This document shows, piece after piece, positions 1 through 10,485 of a stretch of 64,000 nucleotides of DNA. The stretch's first letter is position 1. Each line of letters starts with the position of its first letter. The notes beneath the pieces are model-generated. The model worked only from the letters and a program-made list of their open reading frames with translations, searched no databases and was not told where the DNA came from. The position numbers and the translations under genes were made by a program. This stretch comes from Ascidiella aspersa (lineage: Eukaryota), in assembly GCA_963924565.1 (NCBI GenBank), contig OZ004607.1, positions 10,106,001-10,170,000 on the forward strand. The letters are read 5' to 3'.

Positions 1-95
1 TTCATCCCCATGGCCTAGTTAGTGGAGATTTTTGGTTTAATTAAAAAGCTTAGTTCATCCCCATGGCCTAGTTAGTGGAGATTTTTGGTTTAATT
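1..95. repeat. Direct repeat, 42-bp identical core, 53-bp period
   Basis: TTCATCCCCATGGCCTAGTTAGTGGAGATTTTTGGTTTAATT at 1 and 54. Confidence 0.9.
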
Positions 96-223
96 TATAA
101 CACAAAAACTTAATGAAATCCATTTTTCAATTCTATTTCCTTAATTTCATGTCCCCATATTTTTATTTCAAATATATCAGACATCGCAACTAACATTTCC
201 GCTTTCCGCCATATTTTTTTTAG

Positions 224-394
224 GTTAGTTCGCACTTCATGCCTCACGTGACGTCATCGGACCCCGTCGACCTTGAATCGGAGCTGGCGCAGTACGCCCC
301 CGAGTGTTCGAGCCTGTCGTTACGTCACGAGCTGGAGTACACGTCACTGGCTAGAAGCCAGAATGACGTCAGCGGCGGGTGCGCATCGCAGCAG
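224..394 (+). CDS. CCHC gene exon 1 in window (VSSHFMPHVTSSDPVDLESELAQ...GGCASQQ)
   Basis: TTTTTTTTAG acceptor, 171-nt open frame, CAG|GTAAAT donor. Confidence 0.75.
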
Positions 395-3300
395 GTAAAT
401 TTGTAAATGTTGTGTTCTTGGCATGATCCAAGTAGTTTTATATTTGATCATAAGTCAAAATTAAGGTTTCTTCTGGGGTTTCAAGCAGTTACATTGCCAC
501 TATTTTGTTGTTGGCATGATACAAGTCGTTTTACATTTAACCAAAAGTCAAAATTAAATAGTTTTATTATGGGGTTTCGAGCAGTTGCATTGCCACCGCT
601 TTGTTTTTTACATTGTTGGAGTTTAAACAAACAGAAGTCAATATTAAATTGCTTTGAATCTGGGTTTTGATCTGGACCACGCGGGGTCAGTTAAACCTCA
701 ATTTGTAGTTTTAATTCTGAATTCAGAGACCATTTTTGTGACTTTCTGGACGTCTTTTCGAATCATGAATAAAGGGGATACATTTGTTGAGAGCCAATGG
801 TAGGGGGTTATCATACATAATAGTTAGGGCATCACTAGTTGAAATAGTTTCCCCCTCAATTTTAATATATTTTTTTCGGCCCATTTAGTTTTTTCTCTGG
901 TTGTAGCCAGTTGACTAGAATATTGCACAGAATTCTTTGGGTATTTTTTATTTCATTTGAAATTACAGAATCAATTAACATATCATTTTCTTGCCTTAAA
1001 ATTGCTGGACAGACTGACAACTGTGTATTTGTCCAAAAACACTTTTAACCTGTGTGTCCTAACCGTTGCTCAGTACAACTTCACCCAAACTCAGTTAGTC
1101 ACGTGTGGACGTTAACCCTCGATCACCGTCTCAATATTTTTTTTCAGGAAGAAGGGGGGCAGCTAAGCGTTAACGCGTGCCAATTTCAAATGCCCCCTCA
1201 CCCCCACGACTTCACCCGTTTTCCGGATCCCCTTGCAATGCAGGCTTTGAACCAAAACGCCCCAATGATCCGTCCTATCACCGTATCCACAAGCGCCGCG
1301 CCTTCGCATCCAGACCCAGGCGTCTGCGGCAATTTCGGCTCTCATTTCCCGCAGACTGGTCCGAGCGACCCGGTCTGCGGCAATTTCGTTCCCAATTTCC
1401 CGCCGACCTGCTTGGGCGACTCGGCCTGGGCGCCGCCGGTCAGCGAGGCGGAACGGCAGGCGGTCGAACGGCGTACGCTGCGTTATCTCACGCTCATTCT
1501 GTTCGGCGAGGATTCGCGCGAGTTTATCAACTCGGAAATGTAAGTTGTTTTTTATGTTTTTAATTAAACCTCATTGACAAGAGTTTAGTGCTGGCTGCAG
1601 TTTTTCTTTTATGGAATTATAAACCAGTGGGCCTGTTGCTGTTCCTATCGAATATTAGTGTTTAAAATTTAAAAAACACTTCAATTTTTTGCTGTTTAAT
1701 AATGGTTTGTTTAGCAACGTTTATACAACGTTACCTACACGGGTTGTGATACTTTACCCTTTTTATTATCACAGTATTTATGCTCAAACTGCAATTTCTA
1801 AGGAATTATAACTTATTGAAAAATTGTCCTTATTATCTCATTTTTACGAAAAAGTAGCGTAACACTAAGTAAAAACAGACTTGCCAATCTTAGTTACGAC
1901 ATCTGTAATTGTTTGGTACTACAGTTCTGCTTTCTATTTAATTTGCATTACATAACATTTTGATAAACATTAAACTGTTTGTATGATTATTCACATTTGG
2001 AATGTCCGATAATATCGGATCGGAACCGATACCCGTTGCCAGGGGTTAGTATCGGTACTCGTCCGATTCTAGGGTGGCACCAGAGCCGATCTCGATACCA
2101 AATTATTTTGTGCATTTTAGCCATGTTTTGCGATCCAATGCAGAACTTTGTATTTAAAAAATAAAAAAGAGAAAATGTTACGTTAAAAATCGAATATATA
2201 TAGGCTTCATAATTAAAAGCAAGTTTCTGCCCGATACCCTGAAGGCCTAAACCAAAAGCATTACCATTGCACTGATCAATTTAATTAATTTTGCCTATTT
2301 GACCAAACTAATGACGTCATTTGGTATCGGATCGAATCGCGATACTTTTTTGCCCAATATATCGGTTATCGGTATCACAATAAAACAGTAAGTTTCGGTG
2401 TCTTTGAGATGTCATTTCAACATTTATTTTTTATGCATAAATTATAACTTTCAGCATTCAGGAACCTCCAAACGCAGTGAAGAAGGCTTGGTTAGAGGTG
2501 ATTCACCAGCAGCAGACTTTGTGGTCGCTAGTGCCCAGGCAGCTCTACCAGCACTGCTTGCAATCCGAGGCAAGTCCGTGTTAATTTTTTCCTGGCCAGG
2601 CGTGTATTCATTTTTTCACCAATTAGAAAGGTAAAGGAAGCCACACAAATGTAGCCCGCCAAGGAATATGCGTACATTTATAGCAGGAGTTAATTGCACC
2701 GGCCCGCGGCCGATTTTCTTAATGAAGATGAAGTACAGTTAAAATGCAGTACAGTTTCAATTCCAAACTTAATTTTTATGACATTTTGAACTGCACGATA
2801 TTTTTTAAGGTTCAGGTCAATTTTTGTTGAATAGGTATTTATATGTTTTTGTTTAACGATATTAATTAAGGTAATAAGTTTGTCACAAAATTTTATATCC
2901 GGCCCGCCATCTTAAATGCGTACAGTTATCCGGTTTTGGCCGCGACCCATAGGTTGAGAAACACTGCCTTCGACGAACAAAGGGTTTTTGTCAATTCGGT
3001 TTAATCATAAACAAACAGAAGTCTTTATATGTTATAATTACATATACTTATACCACATTAACATGTGTAACTTAATTCGAGTAAATATAAAACAACAATG
3101 TTAAATAAAACAAGTAAATGTAATAAATAAACACATTAGCATATTAAGCAAAATGTAACTGAACGACCAACAAACTATAGTACAAAGGTTAGGGCTCCTG
3201 ACTGCTTGAAGCGCAAACACAAAGTGAAGGACGAGCTAATATTTAAATCACATGAGCCCAACACATGAACTAAATCGCATGAGAGATAGGAAAACTTAAA

Positions 3301-6300
3301 CAATTTAGATAACTTAACAGTTTTAATTATAAAAAACTATAAAATAAAGTGGCATGTATCACATAACCCAAACTTGACGGTTCACAGATGCAGCGCCTGT
3401 CAGGTTTGCGCGATGAGTTTATGCGCTTTGGCGTTCCCTTCAACATGTATCAGCTGCAAGCCAGGCTGGGATCACAACTGCCCGTCTACCTACACCACTA
3501 CCCCGAACTAAAGGTGTTGTTTTTATTCTCGTGGCAATTTATCTGTAACTTGCACCTAATATGTTAGAGCCTAACTTTTTAAAGCGCCGTGCTTGCATGT
3601 CAAATAATAAATATGACTGATGTTCGTATTTTCATAGTTTTCTAAAACTTCAAATGTGCATAAGGATATACTTTGTCCAAGCAATGAATGTTTGCAAGTT
3701 TTCTATTTGTCTTTTGCCTGCAAGAGAAAACCAATCCACCGTCCGTTAATCGATTCCGGTTCAATTTTTTCATAAGAAATCACGATTTAATTGCTTCATT
3801 TCGTAGTTCAACAACACCAAGTCTTTGAATTTAAGTCCTTTAATAAAACACTGCTTTAACCTATACAATTAAGTTCTATTGCCCACAGGCTGTGCTCGAG
3901 TTGGTGATTAACACTCCTCCGGGGAAATTCCCTCCACGTCACGTGATCGCAAACAACGACACCTTGCGGATTTCGGTCCCGGTTACACCACCTACGTCTT
4001 CAGATCAGGTGCGTGTGTTTAAGATATTCTTCGAGTCTTATGTTTGTGTTGTGTTTTGTTCTAAATATATTTAATGGTGTTCAACCGCGATGTTGTTTCT
4101 GAAGTTCTATTGAAATGTATTTGAATTTTTTTCTCTTTGTGTAGTCATTTTAGTAAAACTGTTTGTGCAACCGTAGATGCAATAATAAATGTTTAAATAA
4201 GCACAGCTGATGTGTGTTGTTCACTTTCGTTTATTGTGCCATTACAGTAAACCACTAAGTAAAAATGTAAATCCCTCCTTGCTTGCTTGCCTTACGCGTA
4301 ACATTTATTAAACCTAGAAATTTTATATTAAGAAGGCTGTTCTTATAATAACGTGTGAATAAAAGTTGTATGTCAACGTTAAACACCCGAATGGCATTTT
4401 ACTCTTCAGACGGAAAATTCCAAAATAAGCGAATGGAGAGCTCTACAAGGTCGTGAACAAAACCAACATCCGAGTTCGTACGAGCAAAGTAACTGCCTAA
4501 GTACAGGTACTTTCACCGTAGACCCCTAAAGCGTATGGTAAAAGTGATTTTTTTATTATTTTAATTCTCATGCCAAAATTTTCAGAAAAAATGATTTACT
4601 TCAATTCTGAACTCATTAAATCGTCTTCTTTAATTGCTATATTTTAGCATTTTAGAAATGCACTTTACTTGATTAGGCCTATGTTGGAAAAACAATGTTA
4701 TCAGTTGGTCTGAGAATTTTTAATGCCCTTATTCGAGAAAAAATATCTAATGCTTGTAAACTCTATACTTACAGGTGGTTTGATATTTAAAAAACAGCAG
4801 TGATAATTTTTTTTAAGAAATGTAAAAAATAAATTGCGACAGAGTGTTTGAAACTTAGTTAAAGCTGAAGTATAAAGAAAAGAATTTAAAACGATGAAAT
4901 TAAAAATATAAAGATAGTCTTCATAACTGAGTGTCTTGATAACTCCTGGGTAAGCGAACTAGCGAACTTGTTGTTTTAATAAAAAAAAAAAAACATAAAA
5001 GTCCCAGCAAATGTGACACCAGTAACGTCGGAATCCGGACCAGCACAGTCAACAGACCGCCACTCTCCCGCCTCTCTTCCCGAGTTTCGAGAAGTTTCGA
5101 ATCTAACGACACCGAAGAAAACCAGCTCGTCGCTAAATGGTTCGTTACATGAAGTATGAATAACATAAAATCTTCTGTTGTTGAACCTTTGATTAACACA
5201 GAGGCATGTTGTAAAATAATATGTCTTTGGACGTTTATGAAGTGTTCCCTCTAAATCAGGGTCCATCAAGCTTTTTCATAAAAGAACGGACAACTGTAAG
5301 GCCTGACCAGCGCTTACCGAATAATTATAATGATTGACGATCGCCAGCCGGATATTAGATTTTGCATCAAATTTATTACTTTGAAAATTTTCAAACGAAG
5401 AAGATATAAACAACCATGCAACAAAAACTGTAGTTATAAGCCTTAATAAATTGTCGAACAGTTTAAAACTTAAAATTTTAACTATACTTCATCTTCATTA
5501 AAGAAATATCCCAGGATGTTAGAATTAACTCTGCGGGCCGGATCTGGCCCGTAGTTTAGTGACCCTGTTATAATTGAACGATTATAGGTATAATTCGTGT
5601 GCGTTGCATTTGTCTGGTTTCGTTTATCTTTTTAAATGGTATACCAGGCAGTTATATACCAATTTTCAAAAAATCTTTCTTCTTAAAATGTCAATAAGCT
5701 AGATGAAGGCTTCTTGATGTAACGGTACATAATTATGATCTTCCATAAGTAGCAAAAAATATATTTTTTTTACTAGACTTAAAAATACGACCGAACAGCG
5801 AACGCTCTTGTTTTACATTAGTTGTTGAATAATAATGTTATTATTTTGTTGCTTAAAGAGGATCTATGCCTGTTCCAACAATGCCAGTTATTTTGATTAG
5901 TTTAAATAAGGTGTCCTGTTCCAAAATCGCCGTGTTAAGCTCTTATGTGTGCTTTTTCTTTATTCGTTTGTTTGTATTGGGTACAAGGTTTTGTTACAGC
6001 GATCACCCGATTATTACGTCACAGGTGACGCGGTCGGTGCGACCTCTTACCCGGGGACTCTCAGCTCGGGGGAAGGCCCCATCAAGCTGCTTGAACGGCC
6101 CAAAGGTAAGCTGAGTTTTTCATAAAAAAACAGAGCCATTACACGGTAGGTTTATCAAGATTTGACGAAAGCACGGCGAAATGGGAATTGATAGCTTTTA
6201 TTTGCAAATTTTCCACTTTCATTTTGCAAATTTTCCACAATTCTTTCTGGTCTAGTTCGTTTTTTTACTGTTGCTTTATTTAACTTTTGGTCTCTTAGTC

Positions 6301-8906
6301 ATAACAACGAATTCAAATTGCTAATATTTTGTCGAAACGACTTTTCACGCATGTGTGTGGATTTTATAGTCTAGCGAAGCACTTTTTTTTTCATTTACAT
6401 GCCTATGAGACTAAATTTTAATTTAAACCAAATTGATTAGGAATAAATAAATGTAATTCTAGTTGGTACTATTGTTTAATTTGAAGTGTTATGAATTCGT
6501 TAATTCTAATTTTAATCTAATTTCGAAAAAAATGGAATGCCTAAATTTTAATTCTTATTTAAATTTTGAAAGCTAAAATAAATATAGTTGTCTGGACATT
6601 ACTTAACTAGTTTATTAGCGCAAAATTATTTCCGTCTTACTGAGGTTTTGCAAATTTCTTACACAATAAGTGTTCCCTTGAAAGTGATAAAATGCGTTTT
6701 TTACGTTTTAAACCGCTTGTATGGCAGAAGCGCCAGTTGCTCCGCCCGCCCAAGAACAGGAGAGCGATTGGCTGGAGGACGAAGAAGAGTTTGATATTCG
6801 GAGCCCCTCTCCTGGATCTGAGCACTCCTCAACAACATCCGGACACGCAAGGTGATGCGCGGCCAAATAAATCACTCTGATTCTAAAAAATTAAATGTAG
6901 AAAGATCGAACGACAATGCACTGAATCGCGTTGTATAAATTATGCGTCCATACTTGTGTTTAGTTAAATTGTGCCAGAGCGGCGGAGCCGAAGTCAGACT
7001 CGGCAATCTGGACTTGACTTTAATTTCGGTCGGAGTTGGATTCACGGATGGGAGTCGAGCTGTTTTAAACCAGGTTGCGAGTCAATTAAAAATAACCCGA
7101 TAAGGACTTCGGACAAAAAAATTACCCGACGGAGTCCAACTTTGCCCAAATGTGCGATTTTGTAGAGTCCCGAGTCCGCCCCCAACTCTACACTGTGTAC
7201 AGCCTGTATTTCACCCAATTACGTAACTAAAATAAGGTGGATATTCAGCAATCCACTCATAGAGGTCTCATACACTTCACCCGCCCGCTACACGTGGTTG
7301 TCGAATATTCAATCTAATGTTATTTGATGTTTAGAATTTACAGTTTGCGGCCTTATCAGTTCCGAAATTTAGTACTGCGCACGTCAGACCCGGGACTCGG
7401 GTCGTCTTACTTCAGTCCCGAGTCTAGCAAGCAAACCGACTCACTCAAATTCCGAGTCCACAACCGCAGCCCTGTTTAACCGAATTCGCAGGCCTGAACT
7501 TTGCTAATTAATAGAAAAAGGCGAATCTAACTACCTTAAAGGTGGATAAATATTTGTTGTGCTTAATGCTGTAATCTGTTTTTTCTTACAAAAAGCTATG
7601 TCGACCGCGTTTTTACAGCTTATCAGTCGCAAATCTTAGATTACGAATTAATTAATTGCCAGTGAATTTATTCTAGATTGCTTGTGACTTTTTTTTTCGT
7701 TCTGTAATTTTTTTCTCGAAAACGTACCATGCCAACTTTATTGTAAAACCAAAATTTTAGGCGTTTAAAATTAATGTAAGCTAAACTTCACATGCCAAAG
7801 TGTTTTAATCCCGCCAACCTCAGTTTAATTTGCAACTGTCGTTAGATCATCGAGGGATCGCATGTCAACAGCAAGTTGCTACAGATGCGGAAATCGCGGC
7901 CACAAGATGTCGTCCTGTCCACAGTCCGAAGGACAAAACAGGCGCAGACCAAACTCGGGAAGGCAAGTCTTAGTTTCTACGGTTATTAGAACCAACCAAA
8001 TCCTCTACCTTCTATTGTTAAGTACCGATACGACCGCTTGGTATCTGATAACAGCTCCAATCCGATTTGTTTGTCATTTTATTTTTTTTAAAACCGGGGA
8101 TGTCTGATACTTGACATTTTATTCCGATATCAATAATTTCGATCCGATACTAAATGACGTCATTGCTATGCTTGAGCAATCAAAAGCTCATTTTCCAGTT
8201 CATTAAGCCACAAATTCATTTAGCGTTAAAAAGTCTAGTTACCTCCAATTGTTAACCTACATTTTTTTTAAATATTCACCTCTCGAGGTAGAAATCGCTG
8301 CGTTAGATCCCAAATCAAGTCTGAAATCCCTTTATTGATTTGGTATCGGACCGGCAGCGGTACCCCTAGTATTGTACGAGTACAAATAGTATTACTTGGC
8401 ATACAATATTGCCGTACGTTTCTATTTATTATAGCTACGGATGCCCGATACTTCATTTTTTATTCCGATACTGATACCCGATATTTTTCACTCAAATAAC
8501 TTCATTACTTACTATGTTGAAGCAATCTAAACAGACAACGTTTTAACGTTAGAAGGTATTTTCCAAGTTACCAGGCGTTAAGAATTCTATTTTCATTCTT
8601 TTGTTCTACAAACAAATTTTAGATGGATCCACCGTTAAAGGTACGCTTTGATGGATCGCAAATAATGGCCGAATTCTTAAATCATTTAGGTTTTATATCT
8701 ATATGCACTACAGCGATACTACCCGCGTATGGTACGAGTACCGTTACTCTAACACTTGGCATCGGGTATCGACCCCGATCCGATATTTTCGGTCATCCCT
8801 TAATTATTTTTTCTTTACTGGAACAATGTTCAGAAATTCGCGAGGCGGCAACAGCAGAAGAAACAGCGGATGGGAGTCTGACCGCGATCGTCGCAACAGG
8901 CGTTAA
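224..8906 (+). CDS. Uncharacterised CCHC zinc-knuckle protein; join(224..394,1148..1539,2455..2569,3388..3513,3889..4008,4410..4506,5008..5153,6000..6105,6728..6851,7846..7962,8834..8906); 5' end may lie upstream of the window, first in-frame ATG at 239
   Basis: Eleven GC-richer segments bounded by AG and GT/GC splice sites join with consistent phases (0,2,0,0,0,1,0,1,2,2) into one 1587-nt open frame ending in TAA at 8904-8906; contains CX2CX4HX4C (CYRCGNRGHKMSSC). Confidence 0.8.
411..670. repeat. Degenerate tandem repeat, ~93-bp unit, ~2.5 copies, intronic
   Basis: TTGGCATGAT.CAAGT...AAGTCAAAATTAA...TGGGGTTTC.AGCAGTT.CATTGCCAC recurs; this explains spurious ORF 407..670. Confidence 0.85.
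1148..1539 (+). CDS. CCHC gene exon 2 (EEGGQLSVNACQFQMP...REFINSE)
   Basis: TTTTTTCAG acceptor, GC-rich open frame within ORF 1052..1543, AT|GTAAGT donor. Confidence 0.88.
1997..2405 (+). mobile_element. MITE family A (TAGGGATG-type termini, many CCGATAC/GTATCGG subrepeats; hAT-like), degenerate
   Basis: Visible similarity to 26799..27181 and, in reverse, to 8096..8801, 20690..20748 and 54359..54460. Confidence 0.7.
2455..2569 (+). CDS. CCHC gene exon 3 (IIQEPPNAVKKAWLEVIH...HCLQSE)
   Basis: TTTCAG acceptor in matching phase 2; GAG|GCAAGT donor (alternative in-phase GAG|GTGATT after 2497). Confidence 0.78.
2690..2966 (-). mobile_element. hAT/Charlie-type MITE remnants
   Basis: Ends GGTTGAGAAACACTG; internal TTAATGAAGATGAAGTACAGTTAAAA is the reverse complement of a segment shared with the copies at 5257 and 14588. 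Confidence 0.6.
3388..3513 (+). CDS. CCHC gene exon 4 (MQRLSGLRDEFMRFG...HYPELK)
   Basis: TTCACAG acceptor, 126-nt open frame, AAG|GT donor. Confidence 0.82.
3889..4008 (+). CDS. CCHC gene exon 5 (AVLELVINTPPGKFPP...SSDQ)
   Basis: CCCACAG acceptor, 120 nt, CAG|GTGCGT donor. Confidence 0.85.
4410..4506 (+). CDS. CCHC gene exon 6 (TENSKISEWRALQG...CLST)
   Basis: CTCTTCAG acceptor, open in phase 0, CAG|GTACTT donor. Confidence 0.72.
5008..5153 (+). CDS. CCHC gene exon 7 (S/T/P-rich linker)
   Basis: CCCAG acceptor (in-frame alternative AAAG| 6 nt upstream), open frame, GAA|GTATGA donor in the phase required by exon 8. Confidence 0.68.
5257..5567 (+). mobile_element. hAT/Charlie-type MITE
   Basis: CAGGGTC...GACCCTG termini, GCGGGCCGGATCTGGCCCG subterminal motif, degenerate 8-bp TSD (CTCTAAAT/TTATAATT). 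Confidence 0.75.
6000..6105 (+). CDS. CCHC gene exon 8 (RSPDYYVTG...PIKLLERPK)
   Basis: TTACAG acceptor, AAG|GTAAGC donor. Confidence 0.8.
6728..6851 (+). CDS. CCHC gene exon 9 (EAPVAPPAQEQESDWLEDEEEF...GHAR)
   Basis: GGCAG acceptor in phase 1, acidic low-complexity peptide, AAG|GTGATG donor. Confidence 0.8.
6975..7474 (+). mobile_element. MITE family C (CAGGGCTGCGGAGTC-type termini, GGAGTC/GACTCC subrepeats)
   Basis: CAGAGCGGCGGAG...CCGCAGCCCTG termini; related pieces at ~39368, ~42660-42830 (reverse) and ~62455. Confidence 0.7.
7846..7962 (+). CDS. CCHC gene exon 10, zinc knuckle at 7877..7918
   Basis: GTTAG acceptor in phase 2; SCYRCGNRGHKMSSCP; AAG|GCAAGT donor. Confidence 0.85.
8096..8801 (-). 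mobile_element. Two adjacent family-A MITE copies (~8096-8410 and 8436-8801) in the last intron
   Basis: GGGATG.C.GATACTT...ATTCCGATA occurs twice; ends CCGATATTTTCGGTCATCCCT. Confidence 0.7.
8834..8906 (+). CDS. CCHC gene last coding exon (RNSRGGNSRRNSGWESDRDRRNRR*)
   Basis: TTCAG acceptor in phase 2, R/G/S-rich peptide, TAA followed by a T-rich UTR-like tract. Confidence 0.75.
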
Positions 8907-9523
8907 AAGCGGCAAAACTGGACAAAAAATAAACCAAATCTTTGCTCGTGTGCCCTAAACACTTTACTGCCATCCTTTGAAGCTGCGTTGCTGTTTTTGT
9001 TTTTCTTTGTTCTTTCGTTGTTGGTAGTTTACCATGTTGTTGTCTGCGGTTCGTTTCTGTAAGTTTTAGTTGGCCGAAGCCTTTCTTTCGTTCTGTTGAC
9101 TTCGTATTTTCCGCCCCCACTTAATATTGTGCACCACGTTTCGTTTTCAAATTCAACACAATCTTGTCGCTGGTCAACAGTAATTTGTTCTTTAATTGTG
9201 TTTTTTAAAGTTCAGTTTTGCATTTGTTTGCTGTATGCTTGAAGCTTGTGTTATTTCACGACTGTTTTTTTTTTCTTTACAAAATATAGTGACCTTCACT
9301 AAAATATCGGTTTGTGGCCTTTTTCTATAATTGTAAACGTAATATCGAACGAAAAATTATGACAAAAGCCATTATGACACGTTTAATTTGAATTTTTTCA
9401 AACACTGTTTTTTTCGTTTGTTTTTGGTGTTTCTTTTACCACTTCTTTGTTTTTACGTTTCTTTCGTTTTTGGTGTTCCATTTCTTAAATGCACCCTGAG
9501 TTATTTTTGGATTTCGTCTGCCG

Positions 9524-9529
9524 AATAAA
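9524..9529 (+). terminator. Probable polyadenylation signal AATAAA of the CCHC gene (a proximal AATAAA also at 8928)
   Basis: AATAAA closes the ~600-nt T/G-rich tract after the stop codon. Confidence 0.45.
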
Positions 9530-10389
9530 TGTCACGTACTGAAGTTGAGTGTAAAGCATCTTTCATTTGCAAGTTCTGCCATATTAGTCTTTGTATTAAA
9601 CATTGTTTAAGGGTAAATTGTAATTTCACTATTTTTTCATAACCCTGTCCACCAGACAAGGTGTCTTAAACATGATCTGAAATTCTCGCACTAAGCGCCG
9701 ATTTTAGTGCTTTCTAAATAATCTATTTCAGAAAACCTTGGCTCAGGTAAGACGGTTTATTAATGTCTCGTCGAATATTTTTCATCTAACACTTGTTTTC
9801 TTGTTTTTTATTAGGTTTAAAAGAGCCGGAAAAACTGATGTGAAAAGGAAAAAAAGCACTTTTATTCACCGCCCTTTCTGTCTTTCCTGTTAAATTAACA
9901 GTGGGATTCGTCCAGTGAAATTTCGGATTAAACCTGTCGACACTTTGGGCAAGCTTGGAAGGCATTGAAAGGTAATATATATGTTTTATTTAGTTTCGTT
10001 ACATCCACTAACATTATCGAGCAAAATTGATTTACCGAACCGATTTCTCGATAACCCTAGATTTGCTTTTAACAGTATATGTCCATATTCTGCAGGGGTT
10101 TGTTTTGTTTAACTTTTCATAGTAAAACGCCATAATATTGAATGTTTAATTTTGTTTAATAAGGTAACAATTTAAGTTTAATTTGCCTTAATGCTAAAAG
10201 AGAAAGCAAACCTAATTCAAAATGACATAGTTTCGCATTTGCAATGTTGTGTTTAGTGAGGTGTGTGACAAGCACAGCAGCTAGTTCACATTAGGTTTGT
10301 GATGTTTGTTTAACAAAATTTGTATTGTTTAACAAAAAAATGGTCAAAGCTGAATATAAGTGAATATACTGTTGCTGCCAGGCATTATA

Positions 10390-10485
10390 TCAATTATAAA
10401 GAGGGTTTTTCTGACAAAAAAACAAAAAAACAAAAAACGTCGGCACAGAATAAATATTTGTCAGAAGAACCCGCTTTATAATTGA
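10390..10485. repeat. Inverted repeat, 29-bp arms with 2 mismatches, 38-nt A-rich loop
   Basis: TCAATTATAAAGAGGGTTTTTCTGACAAA / TTTGTCAGAAGAACCCGCTTTATAATTGA. Confidence 0.85.

Noticed and set aside
1177-1563. 128-aa overlapping ORF in an alternative frame of exon 2
   Set aside because: Arg-rich shadow of a GC-rich exon; incompatible with the phase-0 junction from exon 1.
7877-7918. Zinc knuckle interpreted as a retroelement gag
   Set aside because: It sits in a small spliced exon of a multi-exon gene; no LTRs, protease, RT or integrase in the window.
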